DNA of 64,000 bases from Candidatus Nealsonbacteria bacterium (GTDB taxonomy: Bacteria > Patescibacteriota > Minisyncoccia > Minisyncoccales > CAZKCU01), in contig CP179888.1 of assembly GCA_047456305.1 (NCBI GenBank), forward strand, positions 253,307 through 317,306, written 5' to 3'. The position numbers and the translations under genes are program-made. Below the pieces are notes generated by a model that saw only the letters and a program-made list of their open reading frames with translations, was not told where the DNA came from and did no database searches. Positions 37,258 to 45,629 of this stretch are shown one piece after another; position 1 is the first letter of the stretch, and every line of letters starts with the position of its first letter.

Positions 37258-37356
37258 TTCAAGATTATATATTTACCCTGTTAAATGCTGCTTTGCAGCA
37301 ATTTCGTCTTTGACGAAATTATTTAACAGGGTGAATACCTTAGCGAATCAAGATTC
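37258..37356 (-). repeat. Promoter-hairpin cassette, copy 3, interrupted by nested hairpin element copy B
   Basis: ttcaagattatatattt (-10 half) and ttagcgaatcaagattc (-35 half) are separated by the 56-nt element at 37276..37331. Confidence 0.8.
37276..37331. repeat. Nested three-way hairpin element, copy B (inverted relative to copy A)
   Basis: Outer stem ccctgttaaat/atttaacaggg encloses gctgc-ttt-gcagc and aatttcgtc-ttt-gacgaaatt. Confidence 0.85.
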
Positions 37357-37364
37357 TTATTATT

Positions 37365-38975
37365 TTACCCTGTTTTTAAAAATTCTCCAAATTTCTCTTT
37401 AATGGGTAAAGTAAAATGAAAGGTTGAACCTTTATTTTCTTCAGATTCAAACCAAATTTTTCCGCCATGGGCTTCAATAATGTTTTTAGTAATGAAAAGA
37501 CCAAGACCAGAACCTTCGGTTTCCATTCTCATTACATTGGCTGCTCGGAAAAACTTGGTAAATACTCTCGCTTTTTGGTTTTTTGGAATCCCCACCCCAG
37601 TATCTTTTATAGAAACCTCTATTTCCTTTTTAACACGTTTTAAAGAAACTGTCACCTTCCCACCAGCCAGGGTATACCTTATAGCATTGTCAAAAAGGTT
37701 TTGAATGGCCAGCCTCATTTTTTCGACATCAATCAAAACTAATGGTAATTTCTTTTCTGGTTTTTTAAACTCGACTTTAATTCCTCTTTTTTTACTCTCT
37801 TCTTTATAAGAGTTTACCACAAATTGGGCCACTACCTCAATATCAGCCCGGGTTGGTTTATAAAGATATCTTCCCTCCTCAATCCTGGTTACATTTAAAA
37901 GGTCGTTAATTAAAGTAATCATCCTTTCATTAGAACCGTAAGTTTTTTCAATAAAGTTTCTCTGTTCTTTGGTTGTCTCGCCAAGGTCTCCGTCGAGAAA
38001 CATTCTCAAAGTCCATTTTATTGCAGACAAGGGAGTCCTTAGCTGATGAGCGGCTATCGAAACAAACTCAGTTTTCATTCTCTCTATCCTCTTTTCCCTG
38101 GTAACATCGTGTAAAATAACCAGAGTTCCTAATTTCTCTTCTTCTCTCATTATAGGAATAGTAGAAACTTCTAAAACTAAATCTTCTTTGGTTTGAAATT
38201 CTTTTCTAAAAATTCCTTTAATTTCTGGTCCTAAAAGCTTCGCCAAAGATGCAAGAGCAGGGATATTACTTAATTCTAAAATTGGCCTATTTATTAAATC
38301 TTTGGCTCCAATATTAAAAAAAACTTCTGCCTGGGGATTAATTAATGCTAAATTATTTTTCTCGTCAAAAAGAAATAATCCATCAGTAAAATTGGTAATT
38401 ATTGCCTGGGTCTTATTCTTCTCTTCCTCTGTCGCTTTTAGAGCTTCCTTTATATCTTCCAAAATATTCAACAAAGCCCTGCCCGAAGCCTCTAAATCTT
38501 TAGTCTTTCCTACCAGTTCTTTAGTTTTTTCTCTTACTTTTTTTTCAAGTTCCTCCTGAAATTTTTTTAATACGCTAATATTAAAAAGAGCAAAAAAATA
38601 TCCTATCAAATTTCCCTTCTCGTCTTTTCTGAATTGGCCAGAAACATTAACTGGGATTTTTTTTCCATCTTTTGTCAAAAGTGTCATTTCTCTGATAATT
38701 CGTTTCTTTTTGCTAAGAATTTCTTCTTCTAAAGTCTTAACTCTTCTTTTCTCTAAAAATAAAAAGCTTGTTTCCTTTCCTACTATTTCCATCTCATTAT
38801 AACGGGTCAAATCTTGAAAGGCCCGATTAATGCCAATAATAACATCTGCCGGATTAACTATAAAAACCGGCAGAGGCAGGAACTCAGAGAACTCCTCAAT
38901 ATACCTTTCCAAGCTCTCTAAGTCTTCTCTGGTCTTTTGATACTCTAATTCTAAGGATAATCTTTTTCCAGGCAT
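37365..38975 (-). CDS. PAS-domain sensor histidine kinase
   Basis: Two PAS-like regions, H-box FVSIAAHQLRTPL, N-box NLFDNAIRY, G-boxes DTGVGI and GSGLGL. Confidence 0.88.
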   Translation of the reverse strand: MPGKRLSLELEYQKTREDLESLERYIEEFSEFLPLPVFIVNPADVIIGINRAFQDLTRYNEMEIVGKETSFLFLEKRRVKTLEEEILSKKKRIIREMTLLTKDGKKIPVNVSGQFRKDEKGNLIGYFFALFNISVLKKFQEELEKKVREKTKELVGKTKDLEASGRALLNILEDIKEALKATEEEKNKTQAIITNFTDGLFLFDEKNNLALINPQAEVFFNIGAKDLINRPILELSNIPALASLAKLLGPEIKGIFRKEFQTKEDLVLEVSTIPIMREEEKLGTLVILHDVTREKRIERMKTEFVSIAAHQLRTPLSAIKWTLRMFLDGDLGETTKEQRNFIEKTYGSNERMITLINDLLNVTRIEEGRYLYKPTRADIEVVAQFVVNSYKEESKKRGIKVEFKKPEKKLPLVLIDVEKMRLAIQNLFDNAIRYTLAGGKVTVSLKRVKKEIEVSIKDTGVGIPKNQKARVFTKFFRAANVMRMETEGSGLGLFITKNIIEAHGGKIWFESEENKGSTFHFTLPIKEKFGEFLKTG

Positions 38976-38991
38976 AAAATCAACGAATAAA

Positions 38992-39606
38992 CTACTCCCA
39001 CCTTATCACATACTCATGATAAGGATATCCTTTGTAGACACATTTAGTTTCTTGGATGGTTGTTTTTTCGCTTTTAATGACGAATTGAGCGACTCTTAGA
39101 AAATAACCAGCGTGAAAATTACATATTATAGGATGGAACTTATATCCTTCCACCCGAACTACTAGATATTTTTCTTTCTCTGAAAACTCGGAGGCTTCCA
39201 CCTCCCCGAAGTCAAAATGTTTTCGCCAATAGTTTGAGCTCTCTTCAAAACATCTCTTAGGAGAAATAAAATATTTCATTAATAGTTTAACAATAAAAGA
39301 ATATTTTGGAGCAGAATTTCCCATGTCAAAAATATCAGAATCTTCCCATTTAAAAATCTCCTTAGCTACAAGAATAACTAAAACACTTAAAGCTTCCGGA
39401 TACCATGCCAGTGGACGAATTCCCTTGAACTTTAAAGGATAACCCAATTCTTCCATCTTTCTTTCAACTAGCCTTACCCCTTCTTCTCCTTTTCTGTAGG
39501 AGATATAGACAGCATGGGTACGCAATATCTCCCCCCTTGAATTTCCCTTAATCTGTATCAGTCTATCGGCCTCTTTTTTTAATGAGGTGTTTTTTTGATT
39601 CATCAT
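38992..39606 (-). CDS. Hypothetical protein (possible ligand-binding accessory protein of the two-component module)
   Basis: 204-aa ORF located between the coiled-coil membrane protein and the kinase. No motif recognised with confidence. Confidence 0.5.
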   Translation of the reverse strand: MMNQKNTSLKKEADRLIQIKGNSRGEILRTHAVYISYRKGEEGVRLVERKMEELGYPLKFKGIRPLAWYPEALSVLVILVAKEIFKWEDSDIFDMGNSAPKYSFIVKLLMKYFISPKRCFEESSNYWRKHFDFGEVEASEFSEKEKYLVVRVEGYKFHPIICNFHAGYFLRVAQFVIKSEKTTIQETKCVYKGYPYHEYVIRWE

Positions 39607-40036
39607 TTTTTATTCTTACTTTTTTTAATTCTTTAATCTCTTTTTTTAGTTCTATCATTTTTAATTCCCGGCCAACAGCTGCTTTTTGGAACCTTTCTAA
39701 TTCCTCAATTTTTTTTTGAAGTTCTCTAGTTCTCTCTTCAACCCCTTCCTCAAGACTGGCTTTTTCTTCTTGTAAGGCTAATGTTCTGGCTCTAATTTTA
39801 ATTTCAAGAATTGTTCTGGCTTCTTCTAACTCTTTGGTCTTCTCTTTAACCTTTTTCTCCAGTTCTTCACTTATGGTCCAAAAATAATTTAATTTATTTC
39901 CGATAATAGCGAAAACAATCCCGCCAACTCCCAGGGCAATTAAAATAGTTAAAATAGTAGGTAGGGAAGGAAACATATATTCTGAAATGGGATAATTTAG
40001 ATAAGAAGGAAAAAGCCGAGTAATTTCTAATTCCAT
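39563..40036 (-). CDS. Membrane-anchored coiled-coil protein
   Basis: One TM helix (LPTILTILIALGVGGIVFAII), then LEKKVKEKTKELEEAR...ELERFQKAAVGRELKMIELKKEI. Shares the LEKKVxEKTKEL motif with the kinase. Confidence 0.55.
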   Translation of the reverse strand: MELEITRLFPSYLNYPISEYMFPSLPTILTILIALGVGGIVFAIIGNKLNYFWTISEELEKKVKEKTKELEEARTILEIKIRARTLALQEEKASLEEGVEERTRELQKKIEELERFQKAAVGRELKMIELKKEIKELKKVRIKNDESKKHLIKKRGR

Positions 40037-40067
40037 TTTATCATAAATTTAAAGCCTCTTTAAATTT

Positions 40068-40973
40068 TTAAGCTTTTGGCAATTTTTCCAACAAACTATA
40101 GAATTCAAAATTTCTTAGAATTTGAACAAGTTTTTCTTTGATATATCCTTTCCACTGACATTTTTTTAAATTAAAATCAATTGGAGCGTCTTTTCTAATC
40201 TCAGATAGCATCTTACTAAAAAATGCTTGTTCTTTGTATTTTATTAATCTTTCTTTTATTGCTGGCTTAATTTCTTTTGCCCTGCCGGTTTCCTCTTTTA
40301 TTTCTCGATAAAGATTTTCTAAGGAACCAAAAAGCTTTATTAGCTGAATAGCTGTTTTCTCACCTATGCCAATAACTCCCGGAATGTTATCAGAGGAATC
40401 ACCTTTTAGAGCCCTAAAATCAATCAGTTGAGATGGGCTAAGGCTATATCTCTCTTTTACTGCTTTTTCATCATAGATAATTGTATCTTTCAAGCCCTTT
40501 TTAAAAGTATAAACTTTAGTATTTTTATCAACTAACTGTAGGATATCAAGATCGCCGCTTAAAATAAGGGTTTCGATTTCAGGTATTATTTGTTTTTTGG
40601 GGGCAAGTTTAGAAATAGTCCCAATAATGTCATCTGCTTCAAATCCTTCCTTTTCAAAAATGGGCACGTTAAATCCTCTTAAGATTTCTTTTACTTTTGG
40701 AATTTGCTGATACAGTTCTTCTGGGGTTGGGGGCCTTTTTGCTTTATATTCTTTAAATTTTTTATGACGGAAAGTCGGACCCGGTAAATCAAAACAAGCT
40801 GCAATAAAATCTGGCTGAAATTCCTTTAGGGCTTTCAAGAAAACCAATATAAAACCGTAGACAGCGTTAACCAATTCTCCTTTTTTTGTAGTTAAAGGAG
40901 GCAAGGCATGATAAGCCCGATGAATTAAAGAATTACTGTCAATAATTATCAAGCGTTTTTTCTTGCCGTTCAT
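40068..40973 (-). CDS. 5'-3' exonuclease / flap endonuclease (Pol I N-terminal-domain homolog)
   Basis: LIIIDSNSLIHRAYHA, FEADDIIGT, SGDLDILQL, GDSSDNIPGVIGIGEKTA (H3TH). Confidence 0.9.
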   Translation of the reverse strand: MNGKKKRLIIIDSNSLIHRAYHALPPLTTKKGELVNAVYGFILVFLKALKEFQPDFIAACFDLPGPTFRHKKFKEYKAKRPPTPEELYQQIPKVKEILRGFNVPIFEKEGFEADDIIGTISKLAPKKQIIPEIETLILSGDLDILQLVDKNTKVYTFKKGLKDTIIYDEKAVKERYSLSPSQLIDFRALKGDSSDNIPGVIGIGEKTAIQLIKLFGSLENLYREIKEETGRAKEIKPAIKERLIKYKEQAFFSKMLSEIRKDAPIDFNLKKCQWKGYIKEKLVQILRNFEFYSLLEKLPKA

Positions 40974-41055
40974 TGTTTTATTTTAACACAAATTAAAAAA
41001 ACCTTCGAAGGAAGGTTAATGTTGAAGTCTCAAAGCGCCAATTCTTTGGTAAATC

Positions 41056-41517
41056 CTAAAACCGACCGCTCTGTCCAATTTTTATCTTTCTTTTATTCTG
41101 ACCAATAAACTCAAATTTTAGTATTATACTGTTTTGGGGCAGTATTTTGCCGATGCGGTCAGCCCATTCGATGGCAACGATATTTTTGGGATTAGAAATA
41201 ATTTCTTTAAAACCCAAATCTAAAATTTCTTTTGGTTTTTGGATGCGATAACAATCAATATGATAAAAGTTCGTAAACCTTAAATCTTTAATCTTAAATC
41301 TTTTAATTATTACAAAGGTAGGACTTAAAATTCTCTCTTTTATTCCTAACCCTTTGGCAAAGCCCTGTAAAAAAGTAGTTTTGCCACCACCTAAATCACC
41401 TATTAAACCAAAAACAATTGCTCTCTTTGCGGGGCTGCGTTTTAAAATGCTCTTGGCAAAAGATTCTCCAAGCTTTTTAGTTTGGGTAGAATTTTTAGTT
41501 AGAAAGGTTTTTTTCAT
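41056..41517 (-). CDS. tsaE: tRNA t6A biosynthesis ATPase TsaE
   Basis: GDLGGGKTTFLQGFAKGLGI, SPTFVII, HIDCYR, EWAD. Start ambiguous (41517, 41541 or 41544); the N-terminal extension lies in the hairpin ttgatgct-N12-agcatcaa. Confidence 0.85.
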   Translation of the reverse strand: MKKTFLTKNSTQTKKLGESFAKSILKRSPAKRAIVFGLIGDLGGGKTTFLQGFAKGLGIKERILSPTFVIIKRFKIKDLRFTNFYHIDCYRIQKPKEILDLGFKEIISNPKNIVAIEWADRIGKILPQNSIILKFEFIGQNKRKIKIGQSGRF

Positions 41518-41620
41518 TGATGCTTCGGCTTCGCTCAGCATCAATCCTGAGTTTGCCGACGGATTGACTTTTTAAGAAATTTAAGCTAATTTTAATTAAC
41601 TATTTTAATTCTAACTATTT

Positions 41621-43003
41621 ATGCCAGAAGTTTCAAAAAAAATTACAGGTCTAATAGAAATTTCTCCCAAAATACTTGCTGAAACTCAAAAGAAAATAAA
41701 AAATATTTCTGATTTTAAGGAAAAGATTGAAGAGTTTTTAAAAAAGAGTGTCTCGGAAATTTTAGAAGTTATTTTGGGAGGGGGAATAAGTCTCGATGTC
41801 TCTGACATTCACATTGAGCCAGAAGAAAATCAAGCTAAAATCCGAGCCAGAATTGATGGAATCTTACAAGATGTAATAATTTTTGATTTAAAAACATATC
41901 AAACCCTTCTCTCTCGGATTAAGCTTGTTTCTGGAATTAAATTAAATATTACTGATCGACCCCAGGATGGGAGATTCTCTATTGTAATGCCACCAGCCCG
42001 CCCAAGTTTTGCAAAACAAAATTTGGGTGGGCCATCTGAGCCAATTGAAATTAGGGCCTCAACCTTGCCAGCTGAGCATGGAGAATCAATTGTCCTGAGA
42101 ATTTTGAACCCAAAAGGCTTAATTGAAATTGAGGAATTAGGGGTGAGAAAAGATTTATTAGAAATTTTTAAAAAGGAAATAAAAAGGCCGAATGGAATGA
42201 TTATTGTTACCGGGCCTACCGGCTGCGGGAAAAGTACAACTCTATATGCCTTTTTAAAAACAATCCAAAAACCAGAGATTAAAATTATAACTATTGAAGA
42301 CCCTATTGAGTATCATTTAAAAGAGATTTCCCAGACTCAAATTTCTCCGGAAAAAGGTTATGATTTTGCCTCAGGTCTCAAATCCATTATGCGCCAAGAC
42401 CCTGATGTAATTTTAGTAGGAGAAATAAGAGATATGGAAACCGCCAAGATTAGTCTCCAGGCAGCCGTAACCGGCCATTTAGTTTTAACTACCTTGCATA
42501 CTAATGATGCTGCTGGAACAGTGGTCAGGTTGGAAGCCTTGGGAGAAAAACCAGTAAACATTGCTCCGGCAATAAACATGGCTGTCGCCCAAAGATTGGT
42601 CAGAAAAGTTTGCCAGAAATGCCTGAAGCTTGAAAAAATTTCTTCGCTTGATTTTAAAAAAATTAAAAAAGCCCTCAAGGAAATCCCAAAGAAAATAATT
42701 AATCCTCCTAATGGGGTTTCTCCACTATTGAAGGGCAAAAGTTCTGCTGCCTTAAAAATCCCTCAAGTTAAAGGGTGTAAAGATTGTAATTTTACAGGTT
42801 TCAGGGGCCGAATCGGGATTTTTGAGGCTTTTTTAGTTGATAATGAGATGGAAAAATTTATTCTAACTTCGCCTTCAATTTCAGCCCTAAGAGAAAAAGC
42901 TATAAAAAAAGGAATGCTCACTATGTACCAGGATGGAATAATAAAGGTCTTAGAAGGAATTACTACTATCAAAGAGGTAGAAAGAGTAACCGGAATGCAA
43001 TGA
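41621..43003 (+). CDS. GspE/PilB-family type II/IV secretion (pilus assembly) ATPase
   Basis: PQDGRF, Walker A GPTGCGKST, Asp box, Walker B ILVGEIRD, His box TGHLVLTTLHTND, tetracysteine CQKC...CKDC. Confidence 0.9.
   Translation: MPEVSKKITGLIEISPKILAETQKKIKNISDFKEKIEEFLKKSVSEILEVILGGGISLDVSDIHIEPEENQAKIRARIDGILQDVIIFDLKTYQTLLSRIKLVSGIKLNITDRPQDGRFSIVMPPARPSFAKQNLGGPSEPIEIRASTLPAEHGESIVLRILNPKGLIEIEELGVRKDLLEIFKKEIKRPNGMIIVTGPTGCGKSTTLYAFLKTIQKPEIKIITIEDPIEYHLKEISQTQISPEKGYDFASGLKSIMRQDPDVILVGEIRDMETAKISLQAAVTGHLVLTTLHTNDAAGTVVRLEALGEKPVNIAPAINMAVAQRLVRKVCQKCLKLEKISSLDFKKIKKALKEIPKKIINPPNGVSPLLKGKSSAALKIPQVKGCKDCNFTGFRGRIGIFEAFLVDNEMEKFILTSPSISALREKAIKKGMLTMYQDGIIKVLEGITTIKEVERVTGMQ
41996..42032. 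repeat. 37-nt near-perfect palindromic element inside the pilB-like CDS
   Basis: gcccgcccaagttttg-caaaa-caaaatttgggtgggc forms a 16-bp stem. Same family as 58271..58305. Confidence 0.85.
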
Positions 43004-43062
43004 AATCTCCGCTTTCATTTTAACGCTTCGCCTCGCTTGCTGCGCTCGCTCGGCTCGCGTGA

Positions 43063-43201
43063 ATAAATTAACCCCGAGGATGGGGGCCAGCTTGAGTTTT
43101 AGGAACACGAAGTCAGAATTTTTCCGAGGGGTAATTTCGCCGTAGCCAAATTATCCATCTCTGAAAAATTCCAGGGGCCCCCAGCTCCGGGGTTAATTTA
43201 T
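43063..43201. repeat. 139-nt element closed by ~25-bp imperfect terminal inverted repeats (MITE-like or structured RNA)
   Basis: ataaattaaccccgaggatgggggcc ... ggcccccagctccggggttaatttat. Preceded by GC-rich cgagcg-type sequence at 43020..43060. Confidence 0.7.
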
Positions 43202-43233
43202 AACACCTATTATAACACTAATTATAACAAGCT

Positions 43234-44217
43234 ATGAGAAATTTGTCAAGAGTAACGGTTCTCCTTCTTATTTTTTTCTGGTTAGGGACGACTGGAATAT
43301 TTTCAACTAACTTTATTTTTGCTACAGAAAAAATAGATATTAATACCGTTCCCATTGAAGATTTGGTTAAAATTATTCATATAGGAGAAAGTAGGGCAAG
43401 AGAATTGATTTCTCTAAGGCCCTTCTCTTCTTTAGATGAACTCACCAAAATAAAAGGTATAGGCGAAGCGAGGCTTAGGGATATCAAAGAACAGGGTTTG
43501 GCGTGGGTCACCCCTCATCAATCAGAAGTTCAACCTGAAGCAAAACCTCAACCCAATCCTGAGCTTCAGCCTATTGAGGAGTCCGAAATCCAACCCGAGC
43601 CAAAACCAATAACTTATCCTTTAGCTATTGTTATAAACGAACTTCTTCCTAATCCTGAGGGAATACCAGATGCTGAAGGAGAATGGATTGAAATTTTTAA
43701 TCAGAATAATTTTGAAGTTTTGCTTTCTGACTGGAAAATAACTGACACAGTAGGAAAAATTACTACTTATTCTCTCCCAAAAGGAACAAAAATTCCTCCT
43801 CAGGGCTTTTTAGTTCTTTCTCGGCCAACTACTAAAATCACTTTAAATAATGATGGTGATGGTCTAAAACTTATTCAACCTGATGGAAAAATAGTGGATG
43901 AGGTAACTTATGAAAAAGCTCCTCGAGGCCAGTCCTTTAACCTTGTTAACTCTGATTGGGCCTGGAACACGAATTTAACCCCTGGGGCAGCAAATTTTAT
44001 TCCTTTTGCTCAACCAGAAGAAAAAACAGAAACTGAACTCCTGAAAGATAAATCTGCTACTGAACCCGAAACAAAAAGAGAATTAGCAGCCGCAGGTCTA
44101 CAAATCTCAAAACCCTCAAAGTCTTTATTTGTTTTATTAATTGCTTTGGCTCTCGCCATTTCCTCAGGAATAATAATCTTAGTCTTAAAAAAGAAACTAT
44201 CAAGTACCCGAGCGTAG
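43234..44217 (+). CDS. ComEA-like helix-hairpin-helix DNA-binding protein with a lamin-tail domain and C-terminal TM anchor
   Basis: Signal/TM segment; HhH INTVPIEDLVKIIHIGESRARELI...IKGIGEARLRDI; LTD IVINELLPNPEG...GEWIEIFN; C-terminal TM LFVLLIALALAISSGIIILVL. Confidence 0.75.
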   Translation: MRNLSRVTVLLLIFFWLGTTGIFSTNFIFATEKIDINTVPIEDLVKIIHIGESRARELISLRPFSSLDELTKIKGIGEARLRDIKEQGLAWVTPHQSEVQPEAKPQPNPELQPIEESEIQPEPKPITYPLAIVINELLPNPEGIPDAEGEWIEIFNQNNFEVLLSDWKITDTVGKITTYSLPKGTKIPPQGFLVLSRPTTKITLNNDGDGLKLIQPDGKIVDEVTYEKAPRGQSFNLVNSDWAWNTNLTPGAANFIPFAQPEEKTETELLKDKSATEPETKRELAAAGLQISKPSKSLFVLLIALALAISSGIIILVLKKKLSSTRA

Positions 44218-44221
44218 CGAA

Positions 44222-44303
44222 GTCAAAGAGCGCTTCGCGCTCTTTTCCACCTTCGTCCCGCAAACGGGACTCGGTGGCTGAAGAAGAATAAATATTCTTC
44301 GCC
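44222..44303. repeat. Array of three GC-rich hairpins (aaagagcg/cgctcttt; ccacc..gtcccg/cgggac..ggtgg; gaagaata/tattcttc)
   Basis: Read directly from the sequence. Begins right after the stop of the ComEA/LTD gene. Confidence 0.8.
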
Positions 44304-44308
44304 TAGGG

Positions 44309-44337
44309 TTGATTTATAGGAAAAATTAAAATAAAAT
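44309..44337 (+). promoter_or_regulatory. Sigma70-type promoter giving a leaderless yebC mRNA
   Basis: TTGATT-17 nt-TAAAAT, then 6 nt, then ATG 44344. Confidence 0.55.
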
Positions 44338-44343
44338 TAAATT

Positions 44344-45081
44344 ATGTCAGGGCATTCTCACGCTAAAAAAATCTTACACAAGAAACAAATTACCGACGCT
44401 CAAAGAGGTAAGGTATTTTCAAAACTGGCTCGGATGATTTCAGTTGCTGCTCGAGAAGGTGGTGACCCGGAAACCAATCTTCAGCTACGACGGGCGTTAG
44501 AAGAGGCTAAGACTTTTGCCTTACCAAAGGAGAATATAGAAAGAGCGATAAAACGAGGAACCGGCGAGATTGGTGAAAAAAAATTAGAACAGTTTATTTT
44601 CGAGGCTTATGGTCCCGGTGGAATTGCAATTATTATTGAAGGAATTACTGATAATAAAAATCGAACTCTGAGCGAGATTAAACAGATTTTAAATCAAAAC
44701 AATGGAAAACTAGCTGATGCTGGCTCAGTGAAGTGGCTATTTGAAAGAAAAGGTTGTATTATTGTAGATTTAAAATTACAGATTGAAGATTTTAAAAATA
44801 AAGAAGATTTAGAGATCTTAGCGATTGAGGCCGGGGCAGAAGATATATATTGGCATAATAATCTTTTGGATGTTTATACAAAAATTGAGGAATTAGAAAA
44901 AGTAAAGAAAAATTTGGAAGAAAAAGGGATTAAAATTGAATCTGCTTCTTTGGATTGGGTAGCAAAAGAAGAAATTAAATCAGATGAAAAAACTAAAGAA
45001 GGCTGTCAAAAACTTTTTGAGGCCTTAGACGAATCAGAAGCTGTCCAAGATATTTATTCTAATATCAAGCCGAACACATAA
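44344..45081 (+). CDS. yebC: YebC/PmpR-family transcriptional regulator
   Basis: MSGHSHAKKILHKKQ..DAQRGKVFSKL, YEAYGPGG-like FEAYGPGGIAIIIE. 245 aa. Confidence 0.92.
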   Translation: MSGHSHAKKILHKKQITDAQRGKVFSKLARMISVAAREGGDPETNLQLRRALEEAKTFALPKENIERAIKRGTGEIGEKKLEQFIFEAYGPGGIAIIIEGITDNKNRTLSEIKQILNQNNGKLADAGSVKWLFERKGCIIVDLKLQIEDFKNKEDLEILAIEAGAEDIYWHNNLLDVYTKIEELEKVKKNLEEKGIKIESASLDWVAKEEIKSDEKTKEGCQKLFEALDESEAVQDIYSNIKPNT

Positions 45082-45096
45082 TTTTTATGTGCTCGG
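45070..45096. repeat. AGCACATAA/TTATGTGCT palindrome family, copy 4 (contains the yebC stop)
   Basis: ccgaacacataa-ttt-ttatgtgctcgg. Confidence 0.8.
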
Positions 45097-45102
45097 CGAA
45101 TC

Positions 45103-45171
45103 GAAGAACATTCGTTCTTCTCTACCCTTCGCTGCGGCTCGGGTAGATGAAGAAGAGAACGTAGTTCTCTT
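45103..45171. repeat. Array of three GC-rich hairpins (gaagaac/gttcttc; ctaccc/gggtag; aagagaac/gttctctt)
   Basis: Read directly from the sequence, between yebC and the next gene. Confidence 0.8.
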
Positions 45172-45189
45172 TGCCCTTAAAATTTAGTC

Positions 45190-45504
45190 ATGCCAACTGA
45201 ACAATTTATTAGAAAGAAAGCAGTGGAACTTTTAAGAAAAGAGGGTTGGATCACCTGGTATCCTTCTCGTGCGAAATATAAACAAAATGACATTTTCGGA
45301 ATTATTGATTTATTAGCCGTCAAAAAAAAGAAATTGAAGAAAATTCAACTGACCACCCTCCCGAACGTTTCGGCCAAGAGAAAAAAAATAACAAATTTCC
45401 TTAAAACATTTAAAGTAGAGCTTCTCATTGAGATTTGGGCCTGGGATAAACGGAAGAGAAAATTCAGAAAAGAAAAGATTAATATAAAAATAAAAGGGGC
45501 TTGA
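45190..45504 (+). CDS. Hypothetical basic protein (weak resemblance to a PD-(D/E)XK nuclease fold)
   Basis: 104 aa. LRKEGWITWYP...DIFGIIDLLAVKKKK pattern. Preceded by TAAAAT-6 nt-ATG. Confidence 0.5.
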   Translation: MPTEQFIRKKAVELLRKEGWITWYPSRAKYKQNDIFGIIDLLAVKKKKLKKIQLTTLPNVSAKRKKITNFLKTFKVELLIEIWAWDKRKRKFRKEKINIKIKGA

Positions 45505-45507
45505 AAC

Positions 45508-45536
45508 TTGACAAGCCTTGCTCAGAAAACTATAAT
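45508..45536 (+). promoter_or_regulatory. Consensus sigma70 promoter
   Basis: TTGACA-17 nt-TATAAT, perfect in both hexamers. Confidence 0.65.
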
Positions 45537-45629
45537 CTTTGTATCCCTTAGAAAATGGTTAATAGAGAGATTGAAAAGGTCGAAAACAATTGAATAAAAA
45601 TTAATAAAATTTAATAAAGAGAATTAATT

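Noticed and set aside
36803-37313. Two + strand ORFs of 122 and 99 aa.
   Set aside because: They are antisense to the two CheY-like receiver genes, which carry all the canonical receiver motifs.
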